Below, one piece after another: positions 52,198-62,856 of a stretch of DNA of 64,000 nt (position 1 is the first letter of the stretch; every line of letters starts with the position of its first letter). The notes beneath the pieces are model-generated. The model did no database searches. It had not been told where the DNA came from and saw only the letters and a program-made list of their open reading frames with translations. The position numbers were made by a program, and so were the translations under genes. Source of the DNA: an uncultured Gemmatimonadales bacterium (GTDB lineage Bacteria > Gemmatimonadota > Gemmatimonadetes > Gemmatimonadales > Gemmatimonadaceae); NCBI GenBank assembly GCA_963851265.1, contig CAWKNZ010000008.1, positions 249,007 to 313,006 of the forward strand, in the 5' to 3' direction.

Positions 52198-52650
52198 TCA
52201 GGCGCGGGGCGCGGGGCGGAGGGCCGCGCGCACCCGCTCGTCGCGGAGGTACAGCCCGCCCCAGAGGAGCGCCGCGATGTACAGCGGGAAGAGCGTGTGC
52301 GTGAGGAGCGGGTGGCCGAGGCGCACGTGGGTCGCGATCGCCCCGCCGAGCCACCCGGTCCACAGCACCGCGCCGAGCGGCGCCGTCCGCGGCACGACGT
52401 AGAGCACGAGGCAGGCGACCTGGACGATGCCGAACGGAAGGAGCAGGCCCGGGTCGAAGCCGAGTTGGCGCGTGCCCTCGACGGCCGCGGGCAACGCGAG
52501 CAGCCCGATCGCGGCGTTCATGCCCAGAAACGCGGCCGCGGCTCCGCTGAGGAGGCGACCGGCCCAGCGCCGCCGGTCGGCGGGGCCGCGGACGGCCGGG
52601 AGGGGGACGGGGATGCGGAGCGCGGAGGCGTCGGGCAGGGGGGCGGCCAT
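52198..52650 (-). CDS. DoxX-like membrane protein
   Basis: LYVVPRTAPLGAVLWTGWLGGAIATHVR, WGGLYLRD. Confidence 0.85.
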   Translation of the reverse strand: MAAPLPDASALRIPVPLPAVRGPADRRRWAGRLLSGAAAAFLGMNAAIGLLALPAAVEGTRQLGFDPGLLLPFGIVQVACLVLYVVPRTAPLGAVLWTGWLGGAIATHVRLGHPLLTHTLFPLYIAALLWGGLYLRDERVRAALRPAPRA

Positions 52651-52761
52651 GGCGGGGGCGGTGGATGGGGAAGCGGCCGGTGCATCCGAACCGGCGCACC
52701 CCTTAGACCGGCGACCGGGCGAAAACTCATCGGCGCCGTCCGACCCGCGCCCGACGCAGCC

Positions 52762-53730
52762 TCAGTCCCCGAGCCGCATCGGCAACCCGAAGCGCGGGAA
52801 GAGCGTCGCGACGTCGAGGTACGACGTCATGCTCGCGATGCGGCCGCCCGAGAGTTCGAGCACCACGAGCGCCCAGGGTTCGTCGCCCCCGCGCCGGTAC
52901 TGCGCGAAGGCGGGCGTCCCGCCGCACGCCGCGACCGGGACGAGGCGCGAGCCCTCGCACCCCGCGCCCGGGCCGCGCAGCCAGGCCGTGATCGCCGCGT
53001 GGCCGCGCAGCCAGAGGTCGTAGGGCGGCATGGAAAGCGTGGCCTCCTCGTGCAGCAGCGCGACCAGCGTGCCGACGTCGTACTGCTCGAAGGCCGCGAC
53101 GTAGCGCGCCACGAGCTCCCGCTGCTCGGCCGACAGCGCGCGCGGCGCGACGGCCGGGTTGCGCGCGGCGAGCGACGCCCGCGCACGCTGGAGCGCGCTG
53201 TTCACCGCGGGCACCGTCACACCCAACGCGTCCGCGACCTCCGCCGCCGGCCAGTCGAGCACCTGCGTCAGCAGCAACACCGCGCGCTGGCGGGGCGGCA
53301 GGTACTGCAGCGCGGCGACGAAGGCGAGCTGGATGCTCTCGCGCAGCACCGCGCGCTCCTCCGGGTCGCAGTCCGCGGCCGCGGGGAGCGCGAGCGCGTC
53401 CGGGATCGGCTCGACCCAGTGCTCGCGGGGGAGCGCGTGCAGCCGGATCTGGTCGGCGGGGAGGGCGCAGGTCGCGTCGTCGGCGTCCACCGGCCGGACG
53501 CGCCGGCGGCGCGTCACGGCGATCGTGTCGAGGCAGACGTGTGTGGCGATGCGGGTGAGCCACGTCTTGACCGACGCGCGCTCTTCGAAGCGCGTGCGCG
53601 CCTTCCACGCTCGGAGCATCGCCTCCTGCACCGCGTCCTCGGCGTCCATCACCGAGCCGAGCATCCGGTAGCAGTGGCCGGTGAGCGCGGGGCGGTGCTG
53701 CTCGAGGTCCTGCACGGCGAGCGCGGGCAT
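52762..53730 (-). CDS. ECF sigma factor with C-terminal SnoaL-like extension (SigG-like)
   Basis: HCYRMLGS..DAEDAVQE, LPPRQRAVL, AVNSALQRAR; C-terminal LSMPPY..WLRG. Confidence 0.92.
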   Translation of the reverse strand: MPALAVQDLEQHRPALTGHCYRMLGSVMDAEDAVQEAMLRAWKARTRFEERASVKTWLTRIATHVCLDTIAVTRRRRVRPVDADDATCALPADQIRLHALPREHWVEPIPDALALPAAADCDPEERAVLRESIQLAFVAALQYLPPRQRAVLLLTQVLDWPAAEVADALGVTVPAVNSALQRARASLAARNPAVAPRALSAEQRELVARYVAAFEQYDVGTLVALLHEEATLSMPPYDLWLRGHAAITAWLRGPGAGCEGSRLVPVAACGGTPAFAQYRRGGDEPWALVVLELSGGRIASMTSYLDVATLFPRFGLPMRLGD

Positions 53731-54121
53731 GGCCGTACGCTACCCCACAACACGCCCCGGCACCACCGCTCGGCCTCCGCGTGCGCCCGCGGGAACTCCC
53801 GGTCCACCGCGGTCGCTCGCGCGGGTGGTCTGCGCGTCGAACCTGATCGCAGCCACCCAGCACTCGAAGCTCCCGGTGACGCCGACGGCGCCGGGGCCCG
53901 CCTGCCTAACGTGTCGCCACCGACCGCCCTGAATACCCGGCGTGCCAACGCTTCGGCGGGGCCGGCGCGGCCCGCGCCCGCGTCGCCACGCGCCGGTCGT
54001 CCGGTTTCGACCACGTCACGACACGTCGTCCCGCCCACGCCGCGGGCGCCCCCGGGTGCCGTCAGCGCGCCGCCTCCGGGGAAGGCGACTGCCGCGCGCG
54101 GCCGCGGAGGCGGAACGTTCG

Positions 54122-54150
54122 TTGACTTCCCCCGTCTCGTTAGGCATGAT
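54122..54150 (+). promoter_or_regulatory. Sigma70-type promoter for the MFS gene
   Basis: TTGACT - 17 bp - CATGAT; a GTTAGGC heptamer sits at the end of the spacer. Confidence 0.45.
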
Positions 54151-54242
54151 ACCAACACCGTGGACGGGTCCTCGACGCGACACGCCGCACGTCCTGCTTC
54201 TTCGCGCTCTCCTTCGCGCTGGATTGACGAGGCTCCCCGCGT

Positions 54243-55895
54243 ATGTCGACCGCCGTGTCACGAGGGGCCGCGCCCGCCGCCGCCCCGCCCGCCGCCGCCC
54301 CGCCGCGCCACGCGTCTGCCGCCGCCGTCGCGGCCGACCTCCACCGGTACCGCTGGATCATCCTCGTCGGGCTGATCACGGCCGCCATCATGGAGGTGCT
54401 CGACAGCACGATCATCAACGTCGCCCTGCCGCAGATGGCCGGGAATCTCGGGGCGACGACGACGGAGATCGCGTGGGTGAGTACGTCCTACATCCTCGCC
54501 AACGTCGTGGTGCTGCCGATGACGGCCTACTTCACGACCACGTTCGGCCGCAAGCGGTACCTGACCTTCTCCGTCCTCCTCTTCATCGCCGCGTCGTTCT
54601 TCTGCGGCACCTCCGGGTCGCTGACCGAGATCGTCGTCTGGCGCCTGCTGCAGGGCGCGGGAGGCGCGGCCCTGCTCTCGACGGCCCAGGCCACCATCCG
54701 GCAGATCTTCCCCCGCGAGGAGCAGGCGATCGTCCAGACGCTGTTCCTGCTCGGCATCATCGTCGCGCCGACGTTAGGCCCGACGCTCGGCGGGTGGATC
54801 ACGGACAACTACACCTGGAGCTGGTGCTTCTTCATCAACGTGCCGATCGGCATCGTGAGCGCGTTCCTCGTCGTGACGTTCCTGCAGGACCCCCCGGACC
54901 AGCAGCGCCGCTCGGTGCCGGCGGACTGGCTCGGCATCGGGCTGCTGATCGCCGGCGTCGGGTCGCTGCAGTACGTGCTCGAAGAGGGCAACCAGAACGA
55001 CTGGTTCCAGGACGACCTGATCCGCGCGCTCGCCCTCGTCTCGGCCGCCGCGCTCGCGGTCCTGCTCTGGTGGCAGCTGTCCCGGCGCAACACCCACCCG
55101 GTGATCCAGCTGCGCGTCCTGAAGAACCGCGACCTCGCCGCGTCGATCGGCCTGTTCGTCGTGCTCGGATTCGGCCTGTTCGGCGGGGCGTTTCTCTTCC
55201 CGCTCTTCACGCAGACGCTCCTCGGCTTCAGCCCGACCCAGACGGGGCTGTCACTGCTGCCGGGCGGGCTGGCGACGGCGGTGCTCGCGATGACGTGCGG
55301 GTTCCTCCTCTCCGGCGCACGCCCCAAAGTGGACGCGCGGCTGCTCGTGTTGAGCGGGCTGGCACTGATGCTGTGGGCGATGTGGGACCTGGGGCACCTG
55401 ACGACCGCCGCCGGTGAGGGCGACGCGCGCCTCGCCCTCATCATCCGCGGGGCGGCGCTCGGCCTGCTGTTCGCGCCGATCAACAACGTCGCCTTCGGCA
55501 GCCTCGACCCCAAGGATGCCCAACAGGCGGCGGGGCTCATCAACCTGGCCCGCCAGCTCGGGGGTTCGTTCGGGATCGCGGTACTCGGCACCTACCTGAT
55601 GCGCCACGCGCAGAGCCACCGCGTCGACCTCGTCCAACACTTCTACGCCGGCAACCCGGCCTTCGAGCTGCGGTTCCGCGGCCTCGTCGTCGGGGCGCAG
55701 GCGGGGGGCGCGCCGCTCGCGGCGGCGCAGCAGCGCGCGTACGCGCTCCTCGACGGCACCGTGGCGCGTCAGGCGCTGATGCTCGCCTACAACGACGCGT
55801 GGCTCCTGATCCTGCTCACCTTTCTGGCCGTCGTCCCGGCCGTGTTCGTCCTGCGCCGGCCTCGCGGCAGCGCGGGTGCGGGCGCGGCGCACTGA
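54243..55895 (+). CDS. DHA2 (EmrB/QacA) family MFS efflux transporter
   Basis: LDSTIINVALP, WVSTSY, FGRKR, APTLGPTLGGWI, FFINVPIG, RQLGGSFG. Confidence 0.93.
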   Translation: MSTAVSRGAAPAAAPPAAAPPRHASAAAVAADLHRYRWIILVGLITAAIMEVLDSTIINVALPQMAGNLGATTTEIAWVSTSYILANVVVLPMTAYFTTTFGRKRYLTFSVLLFIAASFFCGTSGSLTEIVVWRLLQGAGGAALLSTAQATIRQIFPREEQAIVQTLFLLGIIVAPTLGPTLGGWITDNYTWSWCFFINVPIGIVSAFLVVTFLQDPPDQQRRSVPADWLGIGLLIAGVGSLQYVLEEGNQNDWFQDDLIRALALVSAAALAVLLWWQLSRRNTHPVIQLRVLKNRDLAASIGLFVVLGFGLFGGAFLFPLFTQTLLGFSPTQTGLSLLPGGLATAVLAMTCGFLLSGARPKVDARLLVLSGLALMLWAMWDLGHLTTAAGEGDARLALIIRGAALGLLFAPINNVAFGSLDPKDAQQAAGLINLARQLGGSFGIAVLGTYLMRHAQSHRVDLVQHFYAGNPAFELRFRGLVVGAQAGGAPLAAAQQRAYALLDGTVARQALMLAYNDAWLLILLTFLAVVPAVFVLRRPRGSAGAGAAH

Positions 55896-56204
55896 GCACC
55901 GCGCACCGAGGGCACGCAGGGCTCCGCCTCCTGCAGGTCCCGCCCGTGACCCTGGGCCGTTCACGGAGGCGACGGCGCCGATCGGCCTGGCGCCGCTCCG
56001 CGCGTTCGACACCGCAGGGCAGGAGGGCGCGGCCGAGCGGGCGCGGAGCGCGTCGGCCGACCTCACGGCGCGAGACGGCCCAGCGATCCGGGTCGGCGCA
56101 CCGCGACGGGCGTCGGCGCGCTCGTGGTGAACCTCACCCAGTTGACGCATCCGCCCGGGAAGCCGGGACCGCGGGACGACGGCAGGCGACGGATCACCGC
56201 GTCG

Positions 56205-56238
56205 ATGTGTTGACACTATGTGTTGCGACACGTAACGT
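56205..56238 (+). promoter_or_regulatory. Sigma70 promoter with overlapping ATGTGTTG direct repeats (probable MarR operator), probably leaderless
   Basis: TTGACA (56210) - 17 bp - TAACGT (56233); ATG at 56246; ATGTGTTG at 56205 and 56218. Confidence 0.65.
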
Positions 56239-56245
56239 CCGGTTC

Positions 56246-56713
56246 ATGACCGCTGCCCTCCGCGACGAAATCCAGCAACGACGGCCGTTCACGAGCCGCG
56301 AGCAGGAGGCGCATCTCAACATCGTGCGTACCGCGGGGGTGTTGGGCGACGGGTTCGAGCAGCTCCTCAAGCCCTCCGGCCTCACGGGGGCGCAATACAA
56401 CGTCCTGCGCATTCTGCGCGGCGCGGGGCCGGACGGCCTCTGCCGCAACGAACTGCGCGACCGGCTGCTGAGTCGCATGCCCGACGTCACGCGCCTGCTG
56501 GACCGGATGGAGGCCGCGGGACTCGTCGACCGCGTCCGCGAGACCGAGGACCGGCGCATGGTCCGGACGCACCTCACCGTCGAGGGGCGCCGGCTCGTCG
56601 ACGCGCTGGACGCGGCCGTGTCGGCCGAGCACGAACGCCGACTCGGACACCTGAGCGGCGCCGAACTGCGGACGCTCACCGACCTGCTGACCAAAGTGCG
56701 ACACGCCCCGTGA
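56246..56713 (+). CDS. MarR family transcriptional regulator
   Basis: GLTGAQYNVLRILRG, PDVTRLLDRME..GLV.R...EDRR. Confidence 0.92.
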   Translation: MTAALRDEIQQRRPFTSREQEAHLNIVRTAGVLGDGFEQLLKPSGLTGAQYNVLRILRGAGPDGLCRNELRDRLLSRMPDVTRLLDRMEAAGLVDRVRETEDRRMVRTHLTVEGRRLVDALDAAVSAEHERRLGHLSGAELRTLTDLLTKVRHAP

Positions 56714-56811
56714 CGTCGTCCGTTAGGCTATTCGTTAGGCACGCCAGACCACGCCCGCCCGCGCGCCGCCCCCGCTCCGACGCGCGTTCCCTCCCTGCCC
56801 CGACTCCTCCC

Positions 56812-57492
56812 ATGCGACGCCCCGACCGCTCGACTGCCGCGCTCGTTTCCGTGCTCGGATCCTTGTTCGTCGCAACGCCCGCGCTCGCGCAGCGGGCGCT
56901 CGCCGACGCGCGGGGCACCACCGGCACGGTGGTACCTGCCAAGCCGACCACGGCCAAGCCGGCCGCCGCGGCAAGCGTCACCGAGTACCAGATCGACCCG
57001 ACGCACTCGGAGCTCACGTTCCGCATCCGCCACATGCTCGGCCGCGTGAACGGCGGCTTCGGCGCGTGGGGCGGCACGATCACCGTCGACTCGGCGACCC
57101 CGGCCAACTCCCGCGTCGAAGTGACGATCAAGACGGCCTCGATCGACACCAAGAACTCGACGCGCGACAACCACCTGCGCTCCGCGGAGTTCTTCGGCGC
57201 CGACAGCTTCCCGGTCATCACCTTCCGGAGCACGCGGGTGGTCACGCAGGGCAAGGCGCTCACCGTCTCCGGCGACCTCACCATGCACGGCCGGACCCGG
57301 CCGGTGGTGCTCACGGGCACGTACGCCGGCGCGTTCAAGGACCCGATGGGCAAGCCGCGCACGGCGTTCACGGCGTCGACCACGGTCAACCGCCTCGACT
57401 ACGGGATCACCTGGAACAAGGCCGTCGAGACCGGGGCGATGCTGGGCGACGAGGTCACGATCGACATCGCCGTCGAGGCGGTCAAACCGTAA
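56812..57492 (+). CDS. YceI family lipid/polyisoprenoid-binding protein
   Basis: Signal peptide; IDPTHSELTFRIRH, SIDT...RDNHLRSAEFF, GDLTMHG. Confidence 0.92.
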   Translation: MRRPDRSTAALVSVLGSLFVATPALAQRALADARGTTGTVVPAKPTTAKPAAAASVTEYQIDPTHSELTFRIRHMLGRVNGGFGAWGGTITVDSATPANSRVEVTIKTASIDTKNSTRDNHLRSAEFFGADSFPVITFRSTRVVTQGKALTVSGDLTMHGRTRPVVLTGTYAGAFKDPMGKPRTAFTASTTVNRLDYGITWNKAVETGAMLGDEVTIDIAVEAVKP

Positions 57493-57562
57493 GGCAGGCC
57501 GTCACGCCGCGCGGCTGACCGCGCCACCACAGCGCGCGGCCCCAACTCCAGCAGCCACCCCC

Positions 57563-58213
57563 ATGCAGATCGTTCTCTTCGGCGCGACCGGACACATCGG
57601 GCAGCGCATCGCCACCGAAGCGCTCGACCGCGGGCACGACGTGGTCGGCGTTGTGCGTGACCCGACGGCGGTTACGCCGCCCGACCCGCGCGTGCGGCTG
57701 GTGCAGGGCGACGCGACCGACGCGGCGAGCGTCGCGCACGTGGTGCGCGGGGCTGACGCCGTGGTGAGTGCGATCTCGCCCCGGCCGAACGCGCGCGGCC
57801 TGGGCGCCCCGTCGCTCGCCGCCGCGTCGCGCGCCCTGCTGGCCGGCGTGCGCGCCGCGGGCGGGCGGCGCCTGCTGGTGGTCGGCGGTGCGGGCACGCT
57901 CGAGGTCGCGCCCGGCGTGCGCCTCATGGACGCGCCCGGCTTCCCCGCGGCGTACCGCGGCGAGGCGGAGGAGGGCGCCGAGAGTCTGGCCGTGCTGCGC
58001 GCCGAGGGCGCGGGGGTCGACTGGACGTTTCTGAGCCCGGCGGCCGAGATCGGGCCCGGCGAGCGGACGGGCACCTACCGCACCACCGGCGACCAGTTCC
58101 TCGCCGACGCGGCGGGGCGGAGCGTGATCTCGTACGCCGACTACGCCGTGGCGCTCGTCGACGAGTTGGAGCGGCCGCAGCACCTCGCCCAACGCTTCGG
58201 CGTCGCGTACTGA
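57563..58213 (+). CDS. NAD(P)-dependent oxidoreductase (atypical SDR, flavin reductase-like)
   Basis: FGATGHIG, VVGGAGTL, DWTFLSP, ISYADYAVALVDE. Confidence 0.9.
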   Translation: MQIVLFGATGHIGQRIATEALDRGHDVVGVVRDPTAVTPPDPRVRLVQGDATDAASVAHVVRGADAVVSAISPRPNARGLGAPSLAAASRALLAGVRAAGGRRLLVVGGAGTLEVAPGVRLMDAPGFPAAYRGEAEEGAESLAVLRAEGAGVDWTFLSPAAEIGPGERTGTYRTTGDQFLADAAGRSVISYADYAVALVDELERPQHLAQRFGVAY

Positions 58214-58240
58214 CGCCGGGCGACGACGCGTGTGGTCGAG

Positions 58241-59089
58241 TCAGCGTCGCGGGCGGGCGGGAACTGGGGCACCACTGTCCGCTGGGGCGCCGAGTTCCTG
58301 TAGGCGCTGTCGAATGCGCGGGTCGTTGGGCCGTTTCACGAGGGCCATTCGCAGGCGGGCGACCGCCTGGTCGCGGTCGCCCGCTTTCAGGTATGTCTCG
58401 CCCATCGCGAGGTCGATCGCGGCGGAACTCGGGTAGAATTCCTGGTCCATCTGTAACAGCTTGAGCGCCTCGCCCATCCGTCCTGCGCCGACCAGCGTTT
58501 GCGCGAGGTCGATGATCGGCCCCTCACGAAAGTCGTAGCGTCCCGCGGCCATGTCGCCGCGCAACTCCCGGTAGCGTGCGACGGCGGAGTCCACGCCGGC
58601 GCGCTCGACCGTCTCGGCAAGGGCGGCGTCGATGGTCTGCGGAAGCGGGGAGCCGCGGTGGCAGGTGATGCATGTGATCGCGACGGCCGGCCGGTGTCGC
58701 CGCGGCAACGCCGCGAGGGTGACGCGGTTGAGGCTGTCCGTCATGCGGAGCATGAACCGCGCGGTCTCCTTCGTCGGCTTGGTATCGAGCGCGGGGCGCA
58801 GGCGCTCGCGCGGCGGACCGCCGGCGGGCGCTCCCCCTGCGAGGGACGGGCCAGCCACAGGCTCGGCCACGTGACAGTACTGGCAGTTGACTCCGAGCGC
58901 GGTCGTGAACCGGCGCATCGCGGCGAGCAGCGAATCGTGCGGGATGTCCTTCGGAAAGACCTTCAGGTTCTCGAACGGGGGCGGCGCGACCGCTGGTTGC
59001 TGGGCCGCGAGGGGCTGACGCGCGGCGAGGGCGGTAGTCGTGCCGAATGCCGCGATGACGAGCGGGCGACGGGGCCGGGAAGCGAACAC
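58241..59089 (-). CDS. Periplasmic di-haem c-type cytochrome with C-terminal TPR
   Basis: Signal peptide; NLKVFP, LGVNCQYCH and ITCITCHRG; TPR-like C-terminus. Confidence 0.85.
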   Translation of the reverse strand: MFASRPRRPLVIAAFGTTTALAARQPLAAQQPAVAPPPFENLKVFPKDIPHDSLLAAMRRFTTALGVNCQYCHVAEPVAGPSLAGGAPAGGPPRERLRPALDTKPTKETARFMLRMTDSLNRVTLAALPRRHRPAVAITCITCHRGSPLPQTIDAALAETVERAGVDSAVARYRELRGDMAAGRYDFREGPIIDLAQTLVGAGRMGEALKLLQMDQEFYPSSAAIDLAMGETYLKAGDRDQAVARLRMALVKRPNDPRIRQRLQELGAPADSGAPVPARPRR

Positions 59090-59297
59090 GGAGACACTCC
59101 GGGAAGGGAAGCACGACGGGAAGTCGCGGCCAAAGTGCGGGGCCCCCCTGCATTCGGCAAGCTGCTGAGTCGGCTATGGCGCTGGCGCGGTGCGATCGCC
59201 TGCGGTCGAGCGCGGCGTTGCGTGGTCAACCCCCGCCCCGGACGAGCGGGGGCGGCATCGTCGCCGGCCGACGCTCAGTCCGTCGCGGCTGCTCGCA

Positions 59298-61880
59298 TCA
59301 CGAGCCGTGGCGCACGAGGATGCGGTGCGCCAGCGGGAGGTCCCAAGATTTGGGGTCTTCGTCCGACGCCGGCATGAGCAACACCGCGGCGTCAGCGGCC
59401 GCGAGCGGGCGCGCGAAGTGGTACCCCTGCCCGTACCCGCACCCGGCCGCCCGCAGCGCGGCCGCTTGCGACGCGTGCTCGATTCCTTCGGCCACGCAGC
59501 GGACGTCGAGCGTGGCGGCGAGCCCGACGATTGCAACGGTCAGCTTCGCATCCGGCCCACCCTCTGCGACCCCGTCCACGAACGCCTTGTCCACTTTGAG
59601 CACGTCGACCGGGAAGCGCCGCAGGTAGGCGAGCGACGAGTAGCCGGTGCCGAAGTCGTCGATCGCGATCCGGACGCCTAACGCCTTGAGCGCGTGGAGG
59701 GTACGGAGCGCCGCGTCGGCGCGGTGCATCACCACGCTCTCGGTGATTTCCAGGAGCAGCCGTCCGGGCGCGATGCCCGCGTCTGTGAGCGCGTCGGCGA
59801 CGTCGGTGACGATCCCGGCGTCTTCGAGCTGCCGGCCGGACAGGTTCACCGACACGTACGGCCCGTCCTCCGGGCCGGACGCGGGCTCCCACGTCCGGGC
59901 CTGACGACACGCCGTACGGAGCACCCAACGGCCGAGCGGGACGACGAGGCCGGTCGCCTCGGCCAGCGGGATGAACTGCGCCGGGCTGACGAGTCCGCGG
60001 GTCGGGTGGTGCCAGCGCACGAGCGCCTCGGCGCCGACCGGACGTTCGGTGTCGAGCGCGACGATGGGCTGGTAGACGACGCGCAACTCGGCGTCCGGCG
60101 TGGCGAGCGCACGCCGCAGGTCGGCTTCGAGCGCGAGCCGGTCGAGGAGCGCGGCGTGCATCGCGGGGGCGAACACCGCGTGGCCGTCGCGCCCCTGCTG
60201 CTTCGCGCGATACATCGCGACGTCGGCGTTCCGCAATAATTCGTCGGGGCCGTCGCGCTCGGTCGCGCGTGCCACGCCCACGCTCGCGACGGCGAGCAGC
60301 TCGGCGCCGTCGAGCGTGACGGGCCGGCGGAGTGCGGCCAGTACGCGCTCGACCACGTCCGTGACGTCCGAGTTGTCGGTCCCGCCCTCGACCAGAACGG
60401 CGAACTCGTCCCCGCCGAGTCGCGCGACCGTGTGCCCGTCGCAGGTCGCGCGCAACCGCCGCGCGACGTCGCAGAGCAGACGGTCGCCGGTCGCGTGGCC
60501 GAGCGCATCGTTCACGGACTTGAAGTGGTCGAGGTCGAGCACGAGCACAGTAACGCCGGTCCGCGCGAGGTCGCGGGCGAGGGCGTCGGCGGTCCGGTCG
60601 CGGAACGCGGCCCGGTTGGCGAGGCCGGTGAGCGGGTCGCGGTACGCCTGATAGGCGAGCTGCGACTGCTTGCGCGCGACGGCACGCATCAGCCGGGCGA
60701 AGGAGACGTGCAGGGACCGGATCTCGACCGCGCCGCCCGAGCGCGCGGGGTCGACGAGACCACCGGCGGTCGCGCCATCGCTCGTGCGCAGGAGCCGGAC
60801 GAACGCCTCCAGCGGGCCCAGGACGGTGCGGGCGAGCAACGCCGCGCCGAGTCCCGCGAGCGCCACGGCGACGAGCCCGCAGCCCGCGAAATCGACGAGG
60901 AGCGCGCGCATCGTCTGCCGGAGCGCCGGCGTCACGCCCTCGATGAGAGTTAGGCGTACCGGGATCCCGTCCTGCGTCGCGCCAACCGCGACCGATGCGA
61001 CCATGTACTCTGCACCGCCCCACCAGGCGGGGTGCGGCGCGTCGTCCTCGCCCGGATGCCGGTCGCTGGCGACGGCAGCCGACGCTCCCGGCGCGTCGCG
61101 CAGCGTCGACTGCAGGGTGCGCGCGCCTGCCGTCACCACGAGGTCGCCGCCGAACGTGCGCTGGAGCGCGGCCAGATGCGGCGCGTCGAGCCGATCGCCG
61201 AGGATCACGGTTCCGATCGTGAGGCCGTCGAGCACGATCGGCGCGACCCCGACGCGGTAGTACGTGCGCCCGACGCGAAGGACCGAGAGGTACCGACGAC
61301 TGTCGCTCCCGTCCAACGCGGGGTCGAGCGCGGCGTGGACGGCAGGTAAGCCCGAGACGTCGGCGCCCGCGCGCGGCGTCTCATCGGACGTGCGAGCGTC
61401 GGCGGCCCCGGGCGCGTACGCCACGAAGATCCGCCCGACGTCGTCGGTCGTGGCGACGAGATCGCGGTCGAGGTCGGGCGCGAGCCGCTCGAGCTCGCGC
61501 CCGACGGTGCGCGCGAGTTCCGCATGTGCGACGTCGCCGGGCCCCACGCCACCCGCGCCCGGGCCGCCGATGCCTAACGTTCCCTCGACGCGCGAAGTGC
61601 CCAGCGCCGAGCGGAGGTTCGGGTTCGCGGCGGTGAGCGCGGCGGCGGCCACGAGCTGCTGATCGCCGCGCCGCTGGAGCTGCACCAGCGTGCGTTGCGC
61701 GTGCGCGACCTGTCCGGCGACGAGCGCACGGGTGGTCGCGCGCACTCGCATGCCTAACAATGCGAACGCGGACGTCACGACGCCCGCGGTCAGGACGACG
61801 CTCAGGCAGGCGAGCCGGACGCCGAGCCGGGTCCGGCGCCAGACACCCCCGCGTCGGCGGCTAATGTTCGCGCGCCGCAT
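59298..61880 (-). CDS. Membrane sensor (periplasmic domain, HAMP-like linker) GGDEF-EAL protein
   Basis: Two TMs flanking a sensor domain; [34 protein letters not shown]. Start approximate. Confidence 0.9.
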   Translation of the reverse strand: MRRANISRRRGGVWRRTRLGVRLACLSVVLTAGVVTSAFALLGMRVRATTRALVAGQVAHAQRTLVQLQRRGDQQLVAAAALTAANPNLRSALGTSRVEGTLGIGGPGAGGVGPGDVAHAELARTVGRELERLAPDLDRDLVATTDDVGRIFVAYAPGAADARTSDETPRAGADVSGLPAVHAALDPALDGSDSRRYLSVLRVGRTYYRVGVAPIVLDGLTIGTVILGDRLDAPHLAALQRTFGGDLVVTAGARTLQSTLRDAPGASAAVASDRHPGEDDAPHPAWWGGAEYMVASVAVGATQDGIPVRLTLIEGVTPALRQTMRALLVDFAGCGLVAVALAGLGAALLARTVLGPLEAFVRLLRTSDGATAGGLVDPARSGGAVEIRSLHVSFARLMRAVARKQSQLAYQAYRDPLTGLANRAAFRDRTADALARDLARTGVTVLVLDLDHFKSVNDALGHATGDRLLCDVARRLRATCDGHTVARLGGDEFAVLVEGGTDNSDVTDVVERVLAALRRPVTLDGAELLAVASVGVARATERDGPDELLRNADVAMYRAKQQGRDGHAVFAPAMHAALLDRLALEADLRRALATPDAELRVVYQPIVALDTERPVGAEALVRWHHPTRGLVSPAQFIPLAEATGLVVPLGRWVLRTACRQARTWEPASGPEDGPYVSVNLSGRQLEDAGIVTDVADALTDAGIAPGRLLLEITESVVMHRADAALRTLHALKALGVRIAIDDFGTGYSSLAYLRRFPVDVLKVDKAFVDGVAEGGPDAKLTVAIVGLAATLDVRCVAEGIEHASQAAALRAAGCGYGQGYHFARPLAAADAAVLLMPASDEDPKSWDLPLAHRILVRHGS

Positions 61881-62670
61881 CGGCCGCGGGCAGCGGGATG
61901 GTGAAGTCCAACTGAACGGCCTGCCCGGGTTCGAGGTGCATCCGGTGCGGGATCGGACGGATCCGCTCGTGCCACGCGACGACCGTGTAATCGCCCGCCG
62001 GGAGGTTGGGGATCACGTAGCGCCCGGCAGCGTCCGGCGCGGCGAAGTACGGGTTGTCGAGCACGAGGACGAGCGCGCTCATGTCCGAATGAATGTGGCA
62101 GAACACCTGGACCACACCCGGGCGATCGAACACGGCGGACTTCGAGCTACCGCGCGGGTAGCGGCCGAGGTCGAACTCCTTCGTACGCGAGAGCGAGAAC
62201 ACGTTGTGGAACAGATCGTCGTCGTTCACGAAATCGACCGTCGTTCCGCGCATGACCGGGAGCACGTGCGGCGTGAAGCGTTCGCCGTGCTGGCGTAATA
62301 CCGCGTGTTGGGCGGCACCGCTCGCGCCGTCGTCCGTGGCCGCGGGCACCGACGACGTCCCCGCACGTTCGACGTAGAGGATGACGTTCTGCAGTTCGTC
62401 GCGATCGCTCTGCCGGGATTCTGGTGGAAGCGCGCCGGGGCCGGCTTCGGCGTAGATCCGAAACCGGGGGCGATGCGAGCCGAGCGCGCGCGAAATCTCC
62501 ACGTGGCCCTCGACGCTCGCGGTGCGCACCGGGCTGGGTCGGCGGTCTCCGGGTCCGAGGCGGCCTCGGGTCGGGCCGGTGCCCGCGCTCGCGCGTGGAG
62601 CTACCCCTGCGGTCGCGACTTCAACGGCGAGCAGCAGGCACAGGGAGCGGAGCGGTCGGGCGGTGCACAT
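61861..62670 (-). CDS. Secreted cupredoxin-like/carboxypeptidase-regulatory-like domain protein
   Basis: Signal peptide; F.PHVLPV..G..V.F.N.D...HNVFS, VFCHIHSDM (C-x2-H-x2-M), GDYTVVAWHE. Confidence 0.8.
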   Translation of the reverse strand: MCTARPLRSLCLLLAVEVATAGVAPRASAGTGPTRGRLGPGDRRPSPVRTASVEGHVEISRALGSHRPRFRIYAEAGPGALPPESRQSDRDELQNVILYVERAGTSSVPAATDDGASGAAQHAVLRQHGERFTPHVLPVMRGTTVDFVNDDDLFHNVFSLSRTKEFDLGRYPRGSSKSAVFDRPGVVQVFCHIHSDMSALVLVLDNPYFAAPDAAGRYVIPNLPAGDYTVVAWHERIRPIPHRMHLEPGQAVQLDFTIPLPAADAAREH

Positions 62671-62856
62671 GAGAGCGGGGGACGGCAGGGCGCGGGACGG
62701 GAGCGTCTCCCGGGAGGACGAGGGCCGCCGGCTCGGGTCACCGCGCGCTCGCGTCGCCCGCCCACGACGGTGACCCGTCTCGGGACAGGTCGTCTGTGGA
62801 GGCGCCGGGGGCACGCTCGGTCCGCGGCCTCTCGCCTGTCGTCTGAATCGGTTCTC

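Noticed and set aside
53740..54120. Possible ncRNA or riboswitch in the ECF-MFS intergenic region
   Set aside because: No recognisable conserved riboswitch motif; hairpins are expected by chance at this GC content.
55895..56200. Possible YciI-like remnant (GPFTEA) between the MFS gene and marR
   Set aside because: Similarity is limited to about six residues; not supportable.
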